DNA of 64,000 nt from an uncultured Chromatiales bacterium (GCA_964557295.1 CAZKZP010000004.1:68667-132666), one strand, 5' to 3'. Positions 35,825 to 46,297 are shown, counted from the stretch's first letter. The notes: generated by a model not told the origin, from the sequence alone. Numbers and translations: made by a program.

Positions 35825-38602
35825 TCACAGACTCTCCAGCAGTTTCTTGGCCTCGCTGCGCCCAGGGAAGTCCGCCTTCGAATCGAGCAACTCCTGCAAG
35901 ATCGACTTCGCCTGGAGCTTCTTGCCGTTTTTGTGCAACACCACGGCATAGTGATAGCTGATCTCGGGGGCGTCCTTGGCCAACTGCCGCGCCTTGTACA
36001 GGATCTCTTCGGCCTCCTTGGTTGCGTTCTTGTGATAAAGCACCCAGCCATAGGTATCGAGCACGCCCGCGCTCTCGCCACTCAGGTCGTAGGCCTTTTT
36101 CGCATTGAGCTGGGCATTGTCCAGATCGCCCTGCTCGTACTGGAGCCACGCCAGATTGTTGAGGGCGATGTAATTGTTGGCATCCAGGCTGGTCGCCCGC
36201 TTTAGATGCTCAATCGCCTTTTCCGCCTGGCCCTGCACCTGATATCCCGTCGCCACCCTGATCATCGCCGCCGTATCCTTCGGATGACGCTCCAGCCATT
36301 TCTCAAGCGTCTGACCTGCGTCCTTCTGTCCCAGCGCCTCGCGGATCTCGTAGAGCTTGATGACATCCCGGGTGGATTCCTGCTTGCCCAGCGCCGTCAC
36401 CATGAGCTGTTCGGCCTCCTTGATTTGTTTCTGAGCCAGCATGACATCGGCCTTCAACACATATCCCGCCCCCGCATCCGGATATTGGGCGATGATTTTC
36501 TCCGACATCTTCAGCGCATCATTTGGCTGATTTTCCTTCAGCGCAATCCGTCCCAACGTCTCCAGGGCGGGCAAATACTTCTCGTTCGCGCTCAATGCGC
36601 TCTGCAACGATCGTTTCGCGGCGGCCACCTTCTCCTGTCGCAACTGCACGAGGGCGAGATTGAAATAGGTCTGGGCCTGTGGCCGTTTCTCGGCCAACTG
36701 CGTCAGAAGCTTTTCCGCCGCGGGCAAATCTTTGTTTCGCACCTGCAATTCCGATTCGAGCAGGACGACGTCGTCCAGTTCGGGGGCGAGCGTCTTCAGT
36801 TCCTCGACATACTTCTTGGCTTGCTCCATTTCCCCCGCCTGGAGATAGTACCGCCCCAACAGCAGGCGCGGATGCACCGAGGCCTGATCCTTGCCGGCGG
36901 CCGTAGTCAGCAGCTCGAGCGCACGCGCATTGTCCCCGCGCCCCGCCTCCACCTCGGCCAGCGCGATATACGCTGGCACGAAGTCGGGATGGGTCTTGAT
37001 CACCCTCTCGAGGTAGTCCTTGGCGGACTGGGTCTTGCCTTGCCGGAAGTTGATCTGCGCCTTGGCGAAGAGCAGTTTTTCATGCTCGGGATCGACCTTC
37101 ATGCCCTGGTCGATAAACGATTCGGCGTTGGCCAGATCCCCGGTGACCTGATACACCGACGCGAGCAGCAGATAGGACATCGCATCATCCTTGTGGCGGG
37201 AAAGATATGACTGCGCGGACTCCAGGGCCTTGTCGGGCTGCTTCTTTTGCAGATAGGCCACGACCAGCAGCTGCTCGGCCTTGAATTCGCCTTGGCCGCT
37301 CTGCACCATCTTGGTCAGATCCTCGATGGCCGCATCCGGATTGCCCTGAGCCACCGAGGCCATGGCCAGCTCAAGTTTCAGCGAAGCCGCGCCCGGATTT
37401 TTCTCCAGCACCTTTTGCAGATAGGCGCGCCCCTGGGCGAAATCGCCCTTCCTGAGCGCGGCACGGCCGATCATTTCCAGCAATTCAGCGTCCTCGCCGG
37501 TCTCGCTCAGCGCCGGCAGCATGGCATCATACGCGGATTGCGGCTGATTCAATCGCAGCCGCACGTCGCCGAGCAGCTTGCGTCCGGCGATATTGCCCGG
37601 ATCGCCGGCAAGATAACGCGAGAGATACATATCCGCCTGCAAATACTGCTCCTGCGCATGCTTGACCGCGCCCAGCAACAGCAGACTCGGCCGATGCTTT
37701 TCAGAGAGCTTGAGCCCGCTCAGCAAGGCCTCGCTGGCGGCGTCATACTCCTTCTCTCCGAAGGCGAGGAGCCCCTTGAAATAATAGACGTCTGGGGTAG
37801 TGACCTGCTTCGCCAGCAAATCATCGACGATGGTCTTGGCCGCCGCCGGATCGTTTTTCGACAGATGCAGCCTGATCATGGCGATATTGGCCAAATAGCC
37901 GAACCGGGTGACATTGGCGCCCGAATCCTGCGCCTTGACTGCCTCGAAGACCTTGAGCGCCGCATCGGGATCACCGAGCGCCGCGTGGATATCGCCGAGC
38001 ATCAGCTGCGCCCGCCGGTGACCGTCCGCGCGCTGGACCAGCGGCTCGACCAGCGCCTTGGCCTCCGCCAGCTTGCCTTCCGCAAAGAGCAACTGCCCCT
38101 TGCCCAGCAGCCCTTCCATGTTGTCGCCTTCGATCTCCAGCGCCGCGTTGACATGCGTCTGGGCTTCCGCACGTTTTCCCGCATAGAATTCGATCTGCGC
38201 CATCAGCCCGTGGATGCTGGCCTGCGCCGATTTCGGGACGCTCGAATCGATCGCGGCCGCCAGCACGCGCTCGTTATCGCCCTGATAGAAATAGGCCAGC
38301 ACGAGGCGGTCGAGCAGGTCTTGCTTCTTCACGCCGGCGGCAACCGCCTTTTCGAGTTCCTTCTCGGCGGCCTCGCCCTCACCCAGGCGCAGGTAGATGT
38401 CGGCGAGCAGCACCCGCCCCTCCTTGCTCGAGGGGTCGGCGGTCAGGGCGTTTTTCAGGTCGATCACCGCCGCGCCAACGTCATTGCCCGCCAGCGCCTG
38501 CCGCGCGCGCTGAAGGTATTCGGCGGTTGACATCTCCGCCTTGCCGCAGGCCGTCAATTGCAACACTGCCAATGCCAAGCCCATCCACTTCGTTGCACTC
38601 AT
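35825..38602 (-). CDS. prsT: PEP-CTERM system TPR-repeat lipoprotein (PrsT-like)
   Basis: 925 aa with a lipoprotein signal (LALAVLQLTACGK) and TPR repeats throughout. The size and position between the exporter and exosortase are canonical. Confidence 0.8.
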   Translation of the reverse strand: MSATKWMGLALAVLQLTACGKAEMSTAEYLQRARQALAGNDVGAAVIDLKNALTADPSSKEGRVLLADIYLRLGEGEAAEKELEKAVAAGVKKQDLLDRLVLAYFYQGDNERVLAAAIDSSVPKSAQASIHGLMAQIEFYAGKRAEAQTHVNAALEIEGDNMEGLLGKGQLLFAEGKLAEAKALVEPLVQRADGHRRAQLMLGDIHAALGDPDAALKVFEAVKAQDSGANVTRFGYLANIAMIRLHLSKNDPAAAKTIVDDLLAKQVTTPDVYYFKGLLAFGEKEYDAASEALLSGLKLSEKHRPSLLLLGAVKHAQEQYLQADMYLSRYLAGDPGNIAGRKLLGDVRLRLNQPQSAYDAMLPALSETGEDAELLEMIGRAALRKGDFAQGRAYLQKVLEKNPGAASLKLELAMASVAQGNPDAAIEDLTKMVQSGQGEFKAEQLLVVAYLQKKQPDKALESAQSYLSRHKDDAMSYLLLASVYQVTGDLANAESFIDQGMKVDPEHEKLLFAKAQINFRQGKTQSAKDYLERVIKTHPDFVPAYIALAEVEAGRGDNARALELLTTAAGKDQASVHPRLLLGRYYLQAGEMEQAKKYVEELKTLAPELDDVVLLESELQVRNKDLPAAEKLLTQLAEKRPQAQTYFNLALVQLRQEKVAAAKRSLQSALSANEKYLPALETLGRIALKENQPNDALKMSEKIIAQYPDAGAGYVLKADVMLAQKQIKEAEQLMVTALGKQESTRDVIKLYEIREALGQKDAGQTLEKWLERHPKDTAAMIRVATGYQVQGQAEKAIEHLKRATSLDANNYIALNNLAWLQYEQGDLDNAQLNAKKAYDLSGESAGVLDTYGWVLYHKNATKEAEEILYKARQLAKDAPEISYHYAVVLHKNGKKLQAKSILQELLDSKADFPGRSEAKKLLESL

Positions 38603-38632
38603 TTATGGCTCATCCTCTTCAAAAACCGTTTA

Positions 38633-40180
38633 CTATTCTGCCTGGCCGCCTGCTCGCGCCGGCGTGCCGAGCTTGTACAAATTCGAGACGGACAGGAAAT
38701 CGTGCAGCCGCGCGGCCGCCTCATCCTTGGATCCGTGATAATCCGTGGCCAGCGCAAAGACCGACGCCCCGCGTTCGCCCGCAACGATGCCCAGCAAATC
38801 ATACAGCTTTGCCCGCGCCGGACTGATGGTGCGCCGCGCCCCTACCTCATACCAGTACCAGATCAAGCGCCGCATCGAGCCGGCCTCCAGGACCAGCTCG
38901 TTGACATCCGTGCGTTGCCCCTCCGCCAGGTCAACACTGACTGCGCGCTCTTCGCGCGGGACCCAGCCGGATCTGGGATAGAGGCGATTCTCGACATTGA
39001 TCAGCTCCCGGCCCTGGGTCTGCTTGTTATAGTTTCCGATATACAGATACACGGGTGCCGCGCTCGACCGGTACACCGCGCGGTAGTGGGAGGAGGCCCC
39101 GACATAGTGCGGCTCCCAATCGAGCTGCTCCCCGTGCGAAACCAGGCGCCAGTCTCCCGCCGCCTGTGGCGGCACATGGCCGTAAGCCTGCTCATAACCA
39201 TGGTCGGCCAGTCGCGCTGTCAGCGGCGGCAACAGTAGCAGCCCGGCCAGACCGATGACGCTGACCGGAGCGCGCAACGCCCGCAACCGCTCCGTTCCAC
39301 GCAGGGAGGCGGCCGCGCTACTGGCGCCGGAGTCTGGATCCGCGGCCGGCTGCCCCGACACCAACTTTGCCCCGACCCAGAACAAGGGGATCAACATGAA
39401 GGCGTAGAGTATCCAGCCGAAGGTGATGTGATCCTGCACGATGGGGTGTTGCATGTGAGTGTAATTGCCCACCAGTATGATCACGATCACCCGCAGCCAG
39501 TTGGAAATAATCGCCAGCGCCAGCGAATATGCAACGAAGAATATCCCCTTGCGCATCCCGAGCTGGTTGACATGGGCAAACAACACCCCGAGTGTCAGCG
39601 CCGTGAGAAAGAAGCTCACCCCGGCGCAGGACTCTTCGACCAGAAACTGGCCGCCGGGCACGGAAAGGGAGTAACCGTCACGGAACACCGGCACATCGAT
39701 CAGCTTGATGAAAAGATAGGAAACCTCGGTGGTCATCACCCGCAGGGGATGCTCAAGCCAGCCCCACACCGGGCTTGCGAACAGAATGAAGACGATTGGA
39801 AACCAGACGCGCTGAAACACCGTCCGACCGAAGATGGCCAGCACGCTGGCGAGCAACAAGGCGACCACGCCCAACAGTTGCAACAGAAAGACATTGCTCA
39901 AAAAACCGACGGCCCACACGCCACCGGCCAGCACGGCCAGCAGCAGCCCGAGGGCATTCGGACGAATATCGCAGCGCGCCAGCTGCTCACGCTGCTTCCA
40001 GACGAGATAGGCCATGATGGCCAGCACCAAAAAGCCGTGACTATAGACCCCGCCGCCTTGCGCCCATTCCTCCAGCAGCAAGCCCAGCGTCGGCCAATAA
40101 CTCACCCCCCAGGCAACGACCAGCCCCAGAAGTAAAATGCCGACATAAGGGGGATAGGTGTCCGATACCGCTTTATTCAT
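38633..40180 (-). CDS. xrtA: exosortase A (XrtA) fused to a C-terminal EpsI-family domain
   Basis: 515 aa. The N-terminal roughly 300 aa are polytopic with exosortase motifs (VEESCAGVSFF active-site Cys region; conserved NWLRVIVII Arg). The C-terminal roughly 200 aa are a periplasmic EpsI-like domain (..YRAVYRSSAAPVYLYIGNYNKQTQGRELIN..). Confidence 0.8.
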   Translation of the reverse strand: MNKAVSDTYPPYVGILLLGLVVAWGVSYWPTLGLLLEEWAQGGGVYSHGFLVLAIMAYLVWKQREQLARCDIRPNALGLLLAVLAGGVWAVGFLSNVFLLQLLGVVALLLASVLAIFGRTVFQRVWFPIVFILFASPVWGWLEHPLRVMTTEVSYLFIKLIDVPVFRDGYSLSVPGGQFLVEESCAGVSFFLTALTLGVLFAHVNQLGMRKGIFFVAYSLALAIISNWLRVIVIILVGNYTHMQHPIVQDHITFGWILYAFMLIPLFWVGAKLVSGQPAADPDSGASSAAASLRGTERLRALRAPVSVIGLAGLLLLPPLTARLADHGYEQAYGHVPPQAAGDWRLVSHGEQLDWEPHYVGASSHYRAVYRSSAAPVYLYIGNYNKQTQGRELINVENRLYPRSGWVPREERAVSVDLAEGQRTDVNELVLEAGSMRRLIWYWYEVGARRTISPARAKLYDLLGIVAGERGASVFALATDYHGSKDEAAARLHDFLSVSNLYKLGTPARAGGQAE

Positions 40181-40201
40181 CGCAAACTCCGCTCGCCGAG
40201 G

Positions 40202-41545
40202 CTATTTCAGCCCGTGTCTTTCCATCAAGTCGTACATCGTCGGGCGGCTGACGCCGAGCATCTCGGCGGCCTTGGAGACATTGCCGTGGGTGATCGAAAG
40301 CACGGTATTGATGGCGGTGAATTCCGCCTTTTCCCGGACATCGCGCAGATTGAATTGCTGCGGCGCCCGATCGGGATCGGCCAGGGGTAACTCGAGATCT
40401 TCGGCCTTGACCAGGCTGTCATCGGCCATGATCACCGCCCGCTTGATCTTGTTTTCCATCTCGCGCACATTTCCGGGCCACGGGTATTGTTCGATCGCCG
40501 CAAGCGCCTCCGGGCTGAAGCCGCGCAATTTGCGCCCCATCTCCGCGGCGTATTTTTCCAGGAAAAATCGGGCCAGCAGCCGCGCGTCGCCGCTGCGTTC
40601 ACGCACGGGCGGGATGACCACCGAAATCTCACTCAAGCGGTAATAGAGATCTTCGCGGAACTCGCCGGAGGATATCAGCGCGGCGATATCCCGATTGGTG
40701 GCACTGATCACGCGCACATCGACCGGGATCTCCTCGCGTCCGCCCACCCGCTCGATCACCCTTTCCTGCAAGAACCGCAGCAGCTTGGCCTGTAGGGACA
40801 TGGGCATCTCGCCGATCTCGTCGAGAAACAGCGTGCCGCCGTGCGCCAGCTCGATCTTGCCCTTGGTCTGCTTGGCCGCGCCGGTGAAGGCCCCCTTCTC
40901 GTAGCCGAACAGCTCGCTCTCCAGCAGATTCTCCGGGATGGCCGCGCAATTGATCGCGACGAACCGGGCTTTCCCTCGGCTGCTCAGCGTATGCAGGGCG
41001 TTGGCCAGAATCTCCTTTCCGGTGCCGCTTTCTCCCAACAACAAGACGGATACATCGGCCGGGGCCACGCGCTCGATGGTCTTGCAAACCTTGAGCATCT
41101 CAGGGCTGCACGCCACGACATTCTGCAATGGGGAGTGATAACTGCGATCGAGACGTTTGATCTCCTGTTCGAGATCGTACAGATGAAAGGCGCGCTCAAC
41201 GATCAAGCCTAAGACATCCGGCTCGATCGGCTTTTGGTAGAAATCATACGCCCCTAGGGCAATCGCCGAGACGGCGTTCTTGCGGTCATCGTTGCCGGTG
41301 ACGACCACCACCTTGGTCTGTGGGGACTTCGAGACGATCGCCTCCAGCGCCCGTAGCCCTTCGACCTCGTTCTCCGGGTGCGGCGGCAAGCCGAGATCCA
41401 GGAGCACCACGGCCGGGGCATGCTCCTTGAACTTCGCCAAGGCGTCCTCGCGTTGCGAGGCGAATATGAGCGCGTATTTGTCGAAACACCAGCGGTATTG
41501 GCTCTGGAGGCCGGCATCATCCTCCACGATCAATAACTTTCTCAC
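40202..41545 (-). CDS. prsR: PEP-CTERM-box sigma-54-dependent response regulator (PrsR-like, NtrC family)
   Basis: 447 aa. A receiver domain (LLIVEDD...VLLDLGLPP) is followed by an AAA+ sigma-54 interaction domain (GESGTGKE, GAFTGA) and a C-terminal Fis-type HTH. Confidence 0.85.
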   Translation of the reverse strand: MRKLLIVEDDAGLQSQYRWCFDKYALIFASQREDALAKFKEHAPAVVLLDLGLPPHPENEVEGLRALEAIVSKSPQTKVVVVTGNDDRKNAVSAIALGAYDFYQKPIEPDVLGLIVERAFHLYDLEQEIKRLDRSYHSPLQNVVACSPEMLKVCKTIERVAPADVSVLLLGESGTGKEILANALHTLSSRGKARFVAINCAAIPENLLESELFGYEKGAFTGAAKQTKGKIELAHGGTLFLDEIGEMPMSLQAKLLRFLQERVIERVGGREEIPVDVRVISATNRDIAALISSGEFREDLYYRLSEISVVIPPVRERSGDARLLARFFLEKYAAEMGRKLRGFSPEALAAIEQYPWPGNVREMENKIKRAVIMADDSLVKAEDLELPLADPDRAPQQFNLRDVREKAEFTAINTVLSITHGNVSKAAEMLGVSRPTMYDLMERHGLK

Positions 41546-41583
41546 CCTGTTCCCCCGAATTCATAAGCGCGCATCCAAACTTC

Positions 41584-43641
41584 CTATTCCACGCAAGCTG
41601 GGAGCGCGATTATAAAGGATGTGCCCTGCCCCGGCATACTGTCGACGGTAATTTTACCGCCCAACCCCTGGATGTACTCCCGCGCCTCGTAGACGCCGAT
41701 CCCCATTCCCGCATTACCCTTGGTGGTATCAAAGGGCTTGAACAGCCGATCCTTGATGAAGGCTTGATCCATGCCGCAGCCATTATCGCTGACCGTTATG
41801 GTAACCGTTGCATTGGCGCACGCCAAATCCACCGTCACCCAGCCGTCATCCGCGGTTGCCTCCTGGGCATTTTGCACGATGTGCTCCAGTACCGCATGCA
41901 GCCGCGCGGGATCGGCGATCACGCAGGCGTCTTCGTTGCCATTCGCTTTCAGCCGGGGGAGCGGCGACTGCTGCGCACGCTGCTGGCACAGGGCCGCCAA
42001 CACCTTGACGACATTGACCTTCTCGACCTGCGCGGCCATTGCACCGCGATCCTTGCGCAACTGGCTCAGCATCTTGGTCATGCGATTGACGGCATTGTCG
42101 ACCGTGGCGAAGGCATCGTCGATGAACGCCGGGTTTGCACGGTGCTTCTCGGCGTTTTTCATCACCAGGGACAATTGTGCGACGACATTCTTCAGATCAT
42201 GGACCACATAGGCCGAGAGGCGGTTGAAGGCCTCGAACTGGCGCGCCTCGAACAACGACTGCGTCGTGTGCACCAGCGCCAGATAACCCGCCGCCTGCCG
42301 CCCCGCGGTCTTGAGCAGATCGCGATCCTCCCAGTTGAAGTCGATGTCCGCCCGCGGCTGCTTGAGCAGCAGGATGGCATACAGCTCGTCATGATGCATC
42401 AACGGCACCAACAGGCGCGCCTGGGGTATATCGAGCAGCCACGCCGGCAATTCCACTTTTTCATCCTCTTCCAGATTCTTTCTGCGATCCTTGATATCGA
42501 TGACCCAGTCTTTCTCCCTCATCAACTGCGCCAGCGCCCCCTGCGCCGCGAAACCCACCTCAGGCAGATCCGCCATGCCGACCTGCGCCGACAGGAGATA
42601 CTGGCCGCTGCCATCCTTGACCCATAGGGCGCCGCCGGAACAATCGATGATCCGGGCCAGCGCCTCGATGGCGCGCGTGCCAATGTCCTGCTGATACTCC
42701 GCGCCCGAAAATGCCTGCATGAATCTCAGCCATTCGCTGCGATAGTCGTAACGGTAGGGAAAGAAGTGTTTGTTGATGTACACCCGGATCCTGGCGCGCA
42801 GCTGGTCGGAAAAAAGCAGCACCATCAGCATCATCAGCCCGAGCGCCAGGAACACTACCTGTAGAACGATGCCCGCGGCGCCGCCCACGGTACGCAGATA
42901 ATATCCCACCGTGCTGATCACCAGGAGGTAGACCCCCGCCCCGATCATGCTGGCGCTGTGGAACGCCATCTGTCGCGAGAGCATCACCGTGCCCGGCTGT
43001 TTCAAGCCGCGCGAGACCGCCAGCACCAGCAGGGGCGCCGCCAAGGCATTCACGAGACCGCGCGCGTCCCATAACGCCGGATTGAGTTCCTTAAATAGGA
43101 TGGCGTCGGAATACATGACTAGGTCGTAGCAGAACACCGTCCCCAGTCCAATGAAATAAAATTTCACCGACCAACGCTGTTTCTCACTGGAGTTTTTCAA
43201 TAATTGCTCAAGGAGTATCAGCCCGGCGATGGCCAGGACGATGTATTCCATCGCCCAGACATCCCACAACGACACCTTGAACACAAAGCTGGTATCGAAT
43301 TGTAAATAAAGGTCCAGGGCAAGGGCGGCAAGAAACACTCCGCCCATCACTCTCAGCACCTGCCGGAAGGGCGCGGCGACATATTTGTTCTCATCCTGCG
43401 GCTTCAGCAGCAGGATCAGCACCAGAATCCAGGCCACCCCTCGGTAGAGCTCGAGAAAATGAAACAGCCGCGGCGAGTCCCCGGCGGCCACAGCCGCCGC
43501 ACCCGCCCACAGCGCGGTGATCAATGCCGCGATGGCATGCAGCCGGAACAGACCCTGCCGCGCTCCGCTGCGCAGCACGTAGATCGAATAGAAGAGAAAA
43601 GCGGCGCAGCAGATCGCATAGCTGACGGAGGTAACGCTCAT
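41584..43641 (-). CDS. prsK: PEP-CTERM system sensor histidine kinase (PrsK-like)
   Basis: 685 aa. A polytopic N-terminal half is followed by a GAF-like region, a HisKA H-box (VVHDLKNVVAQLSL) and HATPase_c (DNGCGMD...GMGIG). Confidence 0.8.
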   Translation of the reverse strand: MSVTSVSYAICCAAFLFYSIYVLRSGARQGLFRLHAIAALITALWAGAAAVAAGDSPRLFHFLELYRGVAWILVLILLLKPQDENKYVAAPFRQVLRVMGGVFLAALALDLYLQFDTSFVFKVSLWDVWAMEYIVLAIAGLILLEQLLKNSSEKQRWSVKFYFIGLGTVFCYDLVMYSDAILFKELNPALWDARGLVNALAAPLLVLAVSRGLKQPGTVMLSRQMAFHSASMIGAGVYLLVISTVGYYLRTVGGAAGIVLQVVFLALGLMMLMVLLFSDQLRARIRVYINKHFFPYRYDYRSEWLRFMQAFSGAEYQQDIGTRAIEALARIIDCSGGALWVKDGSGQYLLSAQVGMADLPEVGFAAQGALAQLMREKDWVIDIKDRRKNLEEDEKVELPAWLLDIPQARLLVPLMHHDELYAILLLKQPRADIDFNWEDRDLLKTAGRQAAGYLALVHTTQSLFEARQFEAFNRLSAYVVHDLKNVVAQLSLVMKNAEKHRANPAFIDDAFATVDNAVNRMTKMLSQLRKDRGAMAAQVEKVNVVKVLAALCQQRAQQSPLPRLKANGNEDACVIADPARLHAVLEHIVQNAQEATADDGWVTVDLACANATVTITVSDNGCGMDQAFIKDRLFKPFDTTKGNAGMGIGVYEAREYIQGLGGKITVDSMPGQGTSFIIALPACVE

Positions 43642-43849
43642 GAGGAATCATCGGAAGTGATTGATAAGGTCCGCTAACACTATATTGCAATCGCCAGGAT
43701 ATTCAAAAGTGAAATTGACCGGGAAAACTACCACGAAACGAATCCGGGCCGGCGGAACACAATTTATGTGACTCGGCCGCTGAACTCTAATATTCTGATG
43801 TTTATACTAACCCACGTGCGCACGACCACCTCGAACACAAAGAAAGAAC

Positions 43850-46270
43850 ATGTCCAAACCCAATATGGTCAATCCTCTCAAACCAGCGCAACTGTATACG
43901 CCCTGCGACCTCGGCGCCCTCGACATCAGCGCCAGCCATGACCTGCCGACGATCGAAGGCATGGTGGGGCAAACACGCGCCGTCGACGCCTTGCGCTTCG
44001 GCATCTCCATCAAGCGCCAAGGGTATAATCTGTACGTGATGGGGCCGCCGGGCAGCGGCAAGCACACCATGGTACACCTGCATCTCGCGCAGATCGCCAA
44101 GCAGGGCACGCCGCCGCCGGACTGGTGTTATGTCTATAACTTCGCGCAGCCGCAACACCCGGCGACGCTGGAACTGCCGCCCGGTCAAGGGGTGCAGTTG
44201 GAGCAGGACCTCAGCCAATTGGTGGACGAGCTCCATGTCGCGATCCCCGCCGCCTTCGAGAGCGACGAATTCCAGTCCCGCATCGAAAGCCTGGAGCAGG
44301 CGCTCAAAAACAAGCAGGAACAGGCGCTCAACGAAATCCAGCAAGAGGCTAGCCGGCATAACATCCGGCTCATGCGCACCTCCGATGGCTTTGTCTTCGC
44401 CCCAACCCACAACGGTGAGATCCTCGGCCCCGAGGACTTCAAAAAAATGTCGCCCCACGAGCGCGAGGCCCTCGAGCGGCTCATCACCGATCTACAGGAA
44501 AAATTGCGCAAGGTCATCGAAATGATGCCGCGCTGGTCCAAAGAGACGCGCGATAAAATCAAATTGGTGCAGCGGGAAACCGCGCAGCGCGCCGTCAGCC
44601 ACCTCATGGACGAGATCAAGGAAAAATACCGGAGCCTGCCCGAAGTCATCGCCCACCTCGATGCCGTGCAGGAAGATATCCTCAACAACGTCCACGAATT
44701 CCGCAAACACGAGGATCTGCCGCACCTGCTGCTCGGCGCGGCGGAGCGGCGCCAGAATTCCTTCAGTCGCTACAAAGTCAACCTGTTGATCGACAACAGC
44801 GCCACCACCGGGCTTCCGGTGATCTATGAGGATCAGCCGAGTTATCAGAACCTGATCGGGCGTGTGGAGCACATATCGCAGATGGGCACACTGGTCACCG
44901 ATTACACGCTGATCAAGCCGGGCGCGCTGCACCGGGCCAACGGCGGCTATCTGATCCTCGACGCCACCAAACTGCTCACCCAGCCCTACGCCTGGGAAGG
45001 TTTGAAGCGCGCGCTGCGCTGCAAGCAACTGCACATCGATTCGCTCGGACAGCTGCTGAGCCTGATCAGCACGGTTTCGCTCGAGCCAACACCGATCCCG
45101 CTGGATGTAAAGGTCGTGCTGGTCGGCGATCGGATTCTTTATTATCTGCTGAGCGAGTACGACCCGGAATTCGACGAACTGTTCAAGGTCGCCGCCGATT
45201 TCGAAGACGATATGCATCGCTCCGGCGACAACACGCACTTGTACGCGCGCTTCATCGCCACGCTCTGTCAGAAGGAAGAGCTGCTGGCGCTCGATCGCGC
45301 CGCCGTCTGCCGCGTCATCGAACACGCCGCCCGGCTCGCCGGCGATGCGGAAAAGCTCACCACCAATATGCGCGCCTTGACCGACCTGTTATGCGAAGCG
45401 GATTATCTGGCCCGGGAGGCCAAGCGCGAGCTCATCAAGCGCCAAGACATCGACGCGGCCATCACCCAGAGGAAAAGACGCCACCTGCGCCTGAAGGAAC
45501 AGATCCAGGATGAGATCGTACGCAATACCATCAAGATCGATACCGACGGGGCCAAGGTGGGTCAGGTCAACGGTCTGTCTGTGCTTTCCCTCGGCAATGA
45601 GAGCTTCGGCCAGCCGACACGGATCACCGCCACCATCCGTGTCGGCGAGGGCCACATCATCGATATCGAGCGCGAGGTCGAATTGGGCGGGCCGATCCAC
45701 TCCAAAGGCGTGTTGATCCTCTCATCCTATATCGGCGAGCGCTACTCCAGAGAGCGCCCGCTCTCCATGCACGCCAGCCTCGTATTCGAACAGTCCTACG
45801 GCAAGATCGAAGGCGACAGCGCCTCGCTCGCGGAGCTCTGCGCCTTGTTATCCGCGATCGCGGAAATCCCCGTTACCCAGGGCCTGGCGGTGACCGGATC
45901 GGTCAACCAACGCGGCGAGGTGCAGGCCATCGGCGGGGTCAATGAAAAAATCGAGGGATTCTTCGATATCTGTCAGGCACGCGGCCTGACCGGCCAGCAG
46001 GGCGTGATCATCCCGGTCGACAATGTCAAACACCTGATGCTGGACCAAGTGGTCGTCGAGGCCGTGGCCGCGGGCAAGTTCAATATCTATCCAGTTGCGC
46101 ATGTGGACGAGGCCGCCGCCTTGTTGACGGGGATACCGGCTGGCGAGCGCACGCTGGAGGGCGAGTATCCCGCCGGCACGCTCAACGCCCTCATTCTGGA
46201 ACGGCTGGAGCAAATGACCGAGATACGCCATTCCTACGCCGAGACATCGAAGGAACAGGAAGGTTCTTAA
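43850..46270 (+). CDS. Lon-like ATP-dependent protease (AAA_32 ATPase domain + Lon_C S16 proteolytic domain)
   Basis: 806 aa with Walker A GPPGSGKHTM, a long alpha-helical insert and C-terminal Lon protease motifs (GDSASLAELCALLSAIAEIPV...VTGSVNQRGEVQAIGGVNEKIEG). It is divergent from prsK. Confidence 0.8.
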   Translation: MSKPNMVNPLKPAQLYTPCDLGALDISASHDLPTIEGMVGQTRAVDALRFGISIKRQGYNLYVMGPPGSGKHTMVHLHLAQIAKQGTPPPDWCYVYNFAQPQHPATLELPPGQGVQLEQDLSQLVDELHVAIPAAFESDEFQSRIESLEQALKNKQEQALNEIQQEASRHNIRLMRTSDGFVFAPTHNGEILGPEDFKKMSPHEREALERLITDLQEKLRKVIEMMPRWSKETRDKIKLVQRETAQRAVSHLMDEIKEKYRSLPEVIAHLDAVQEDILNNVHEFRKHEDLPHLLLGAAERRQNSFSRYKVNLLIDNSATTGLPVIYEDQPSYQNLIGRVEHISQMGTLVTDYTLIKPGALHRANGGYLILDATKLLTQPYAWEGLKRALRCKQLHIDSLGQLLSLISTVSLEPTPIPLDVKVVLVGDRILYYLLSEYDPEFDELFKVAADFEDDMHRSGDNTHLYARFIATLCQKEELLALDRAAVCRVIEHAARLAGDAEKLTTNMRALTDLLCEADYLAREAKRELIKRQDIDAAITQRKRRHLRLKEQIQDEIVRNTIKIDTDGAKVGQVNGLSVLSLGNESFGQPTRITATIRVGEGHIIDIEREVELGGPIHSKGVLILSSYIGERYSRERPLSMHASLVFEQSYGKIEGDSASLAELCALLSAIAEIPVTQGLAVTGSVNQRGEVQAIGGVNEKIEGFFDICQARGLTGQQGVIIPVDNVKHLMLDQVVVEAVAAGKFNIYPVAHVDEAAALLTGIPAGERTLEGEYPAGTLNALILERLEQMTEIRHSYAETSKEQEGS

Positions 46271-46297
46271 GATTTCACCGTCAATCGATACATATTT

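Noticed and set aside
36206-38530. Two long plus-strand ORFs (334 and 427 aa) inside prsT
   Set aside because: They are antisense to the TPR lipoprotein gene. Their Leu/Arg/Gln-rich composition is typical of reverse-complemented TPR/Ala-rich coding sequence.
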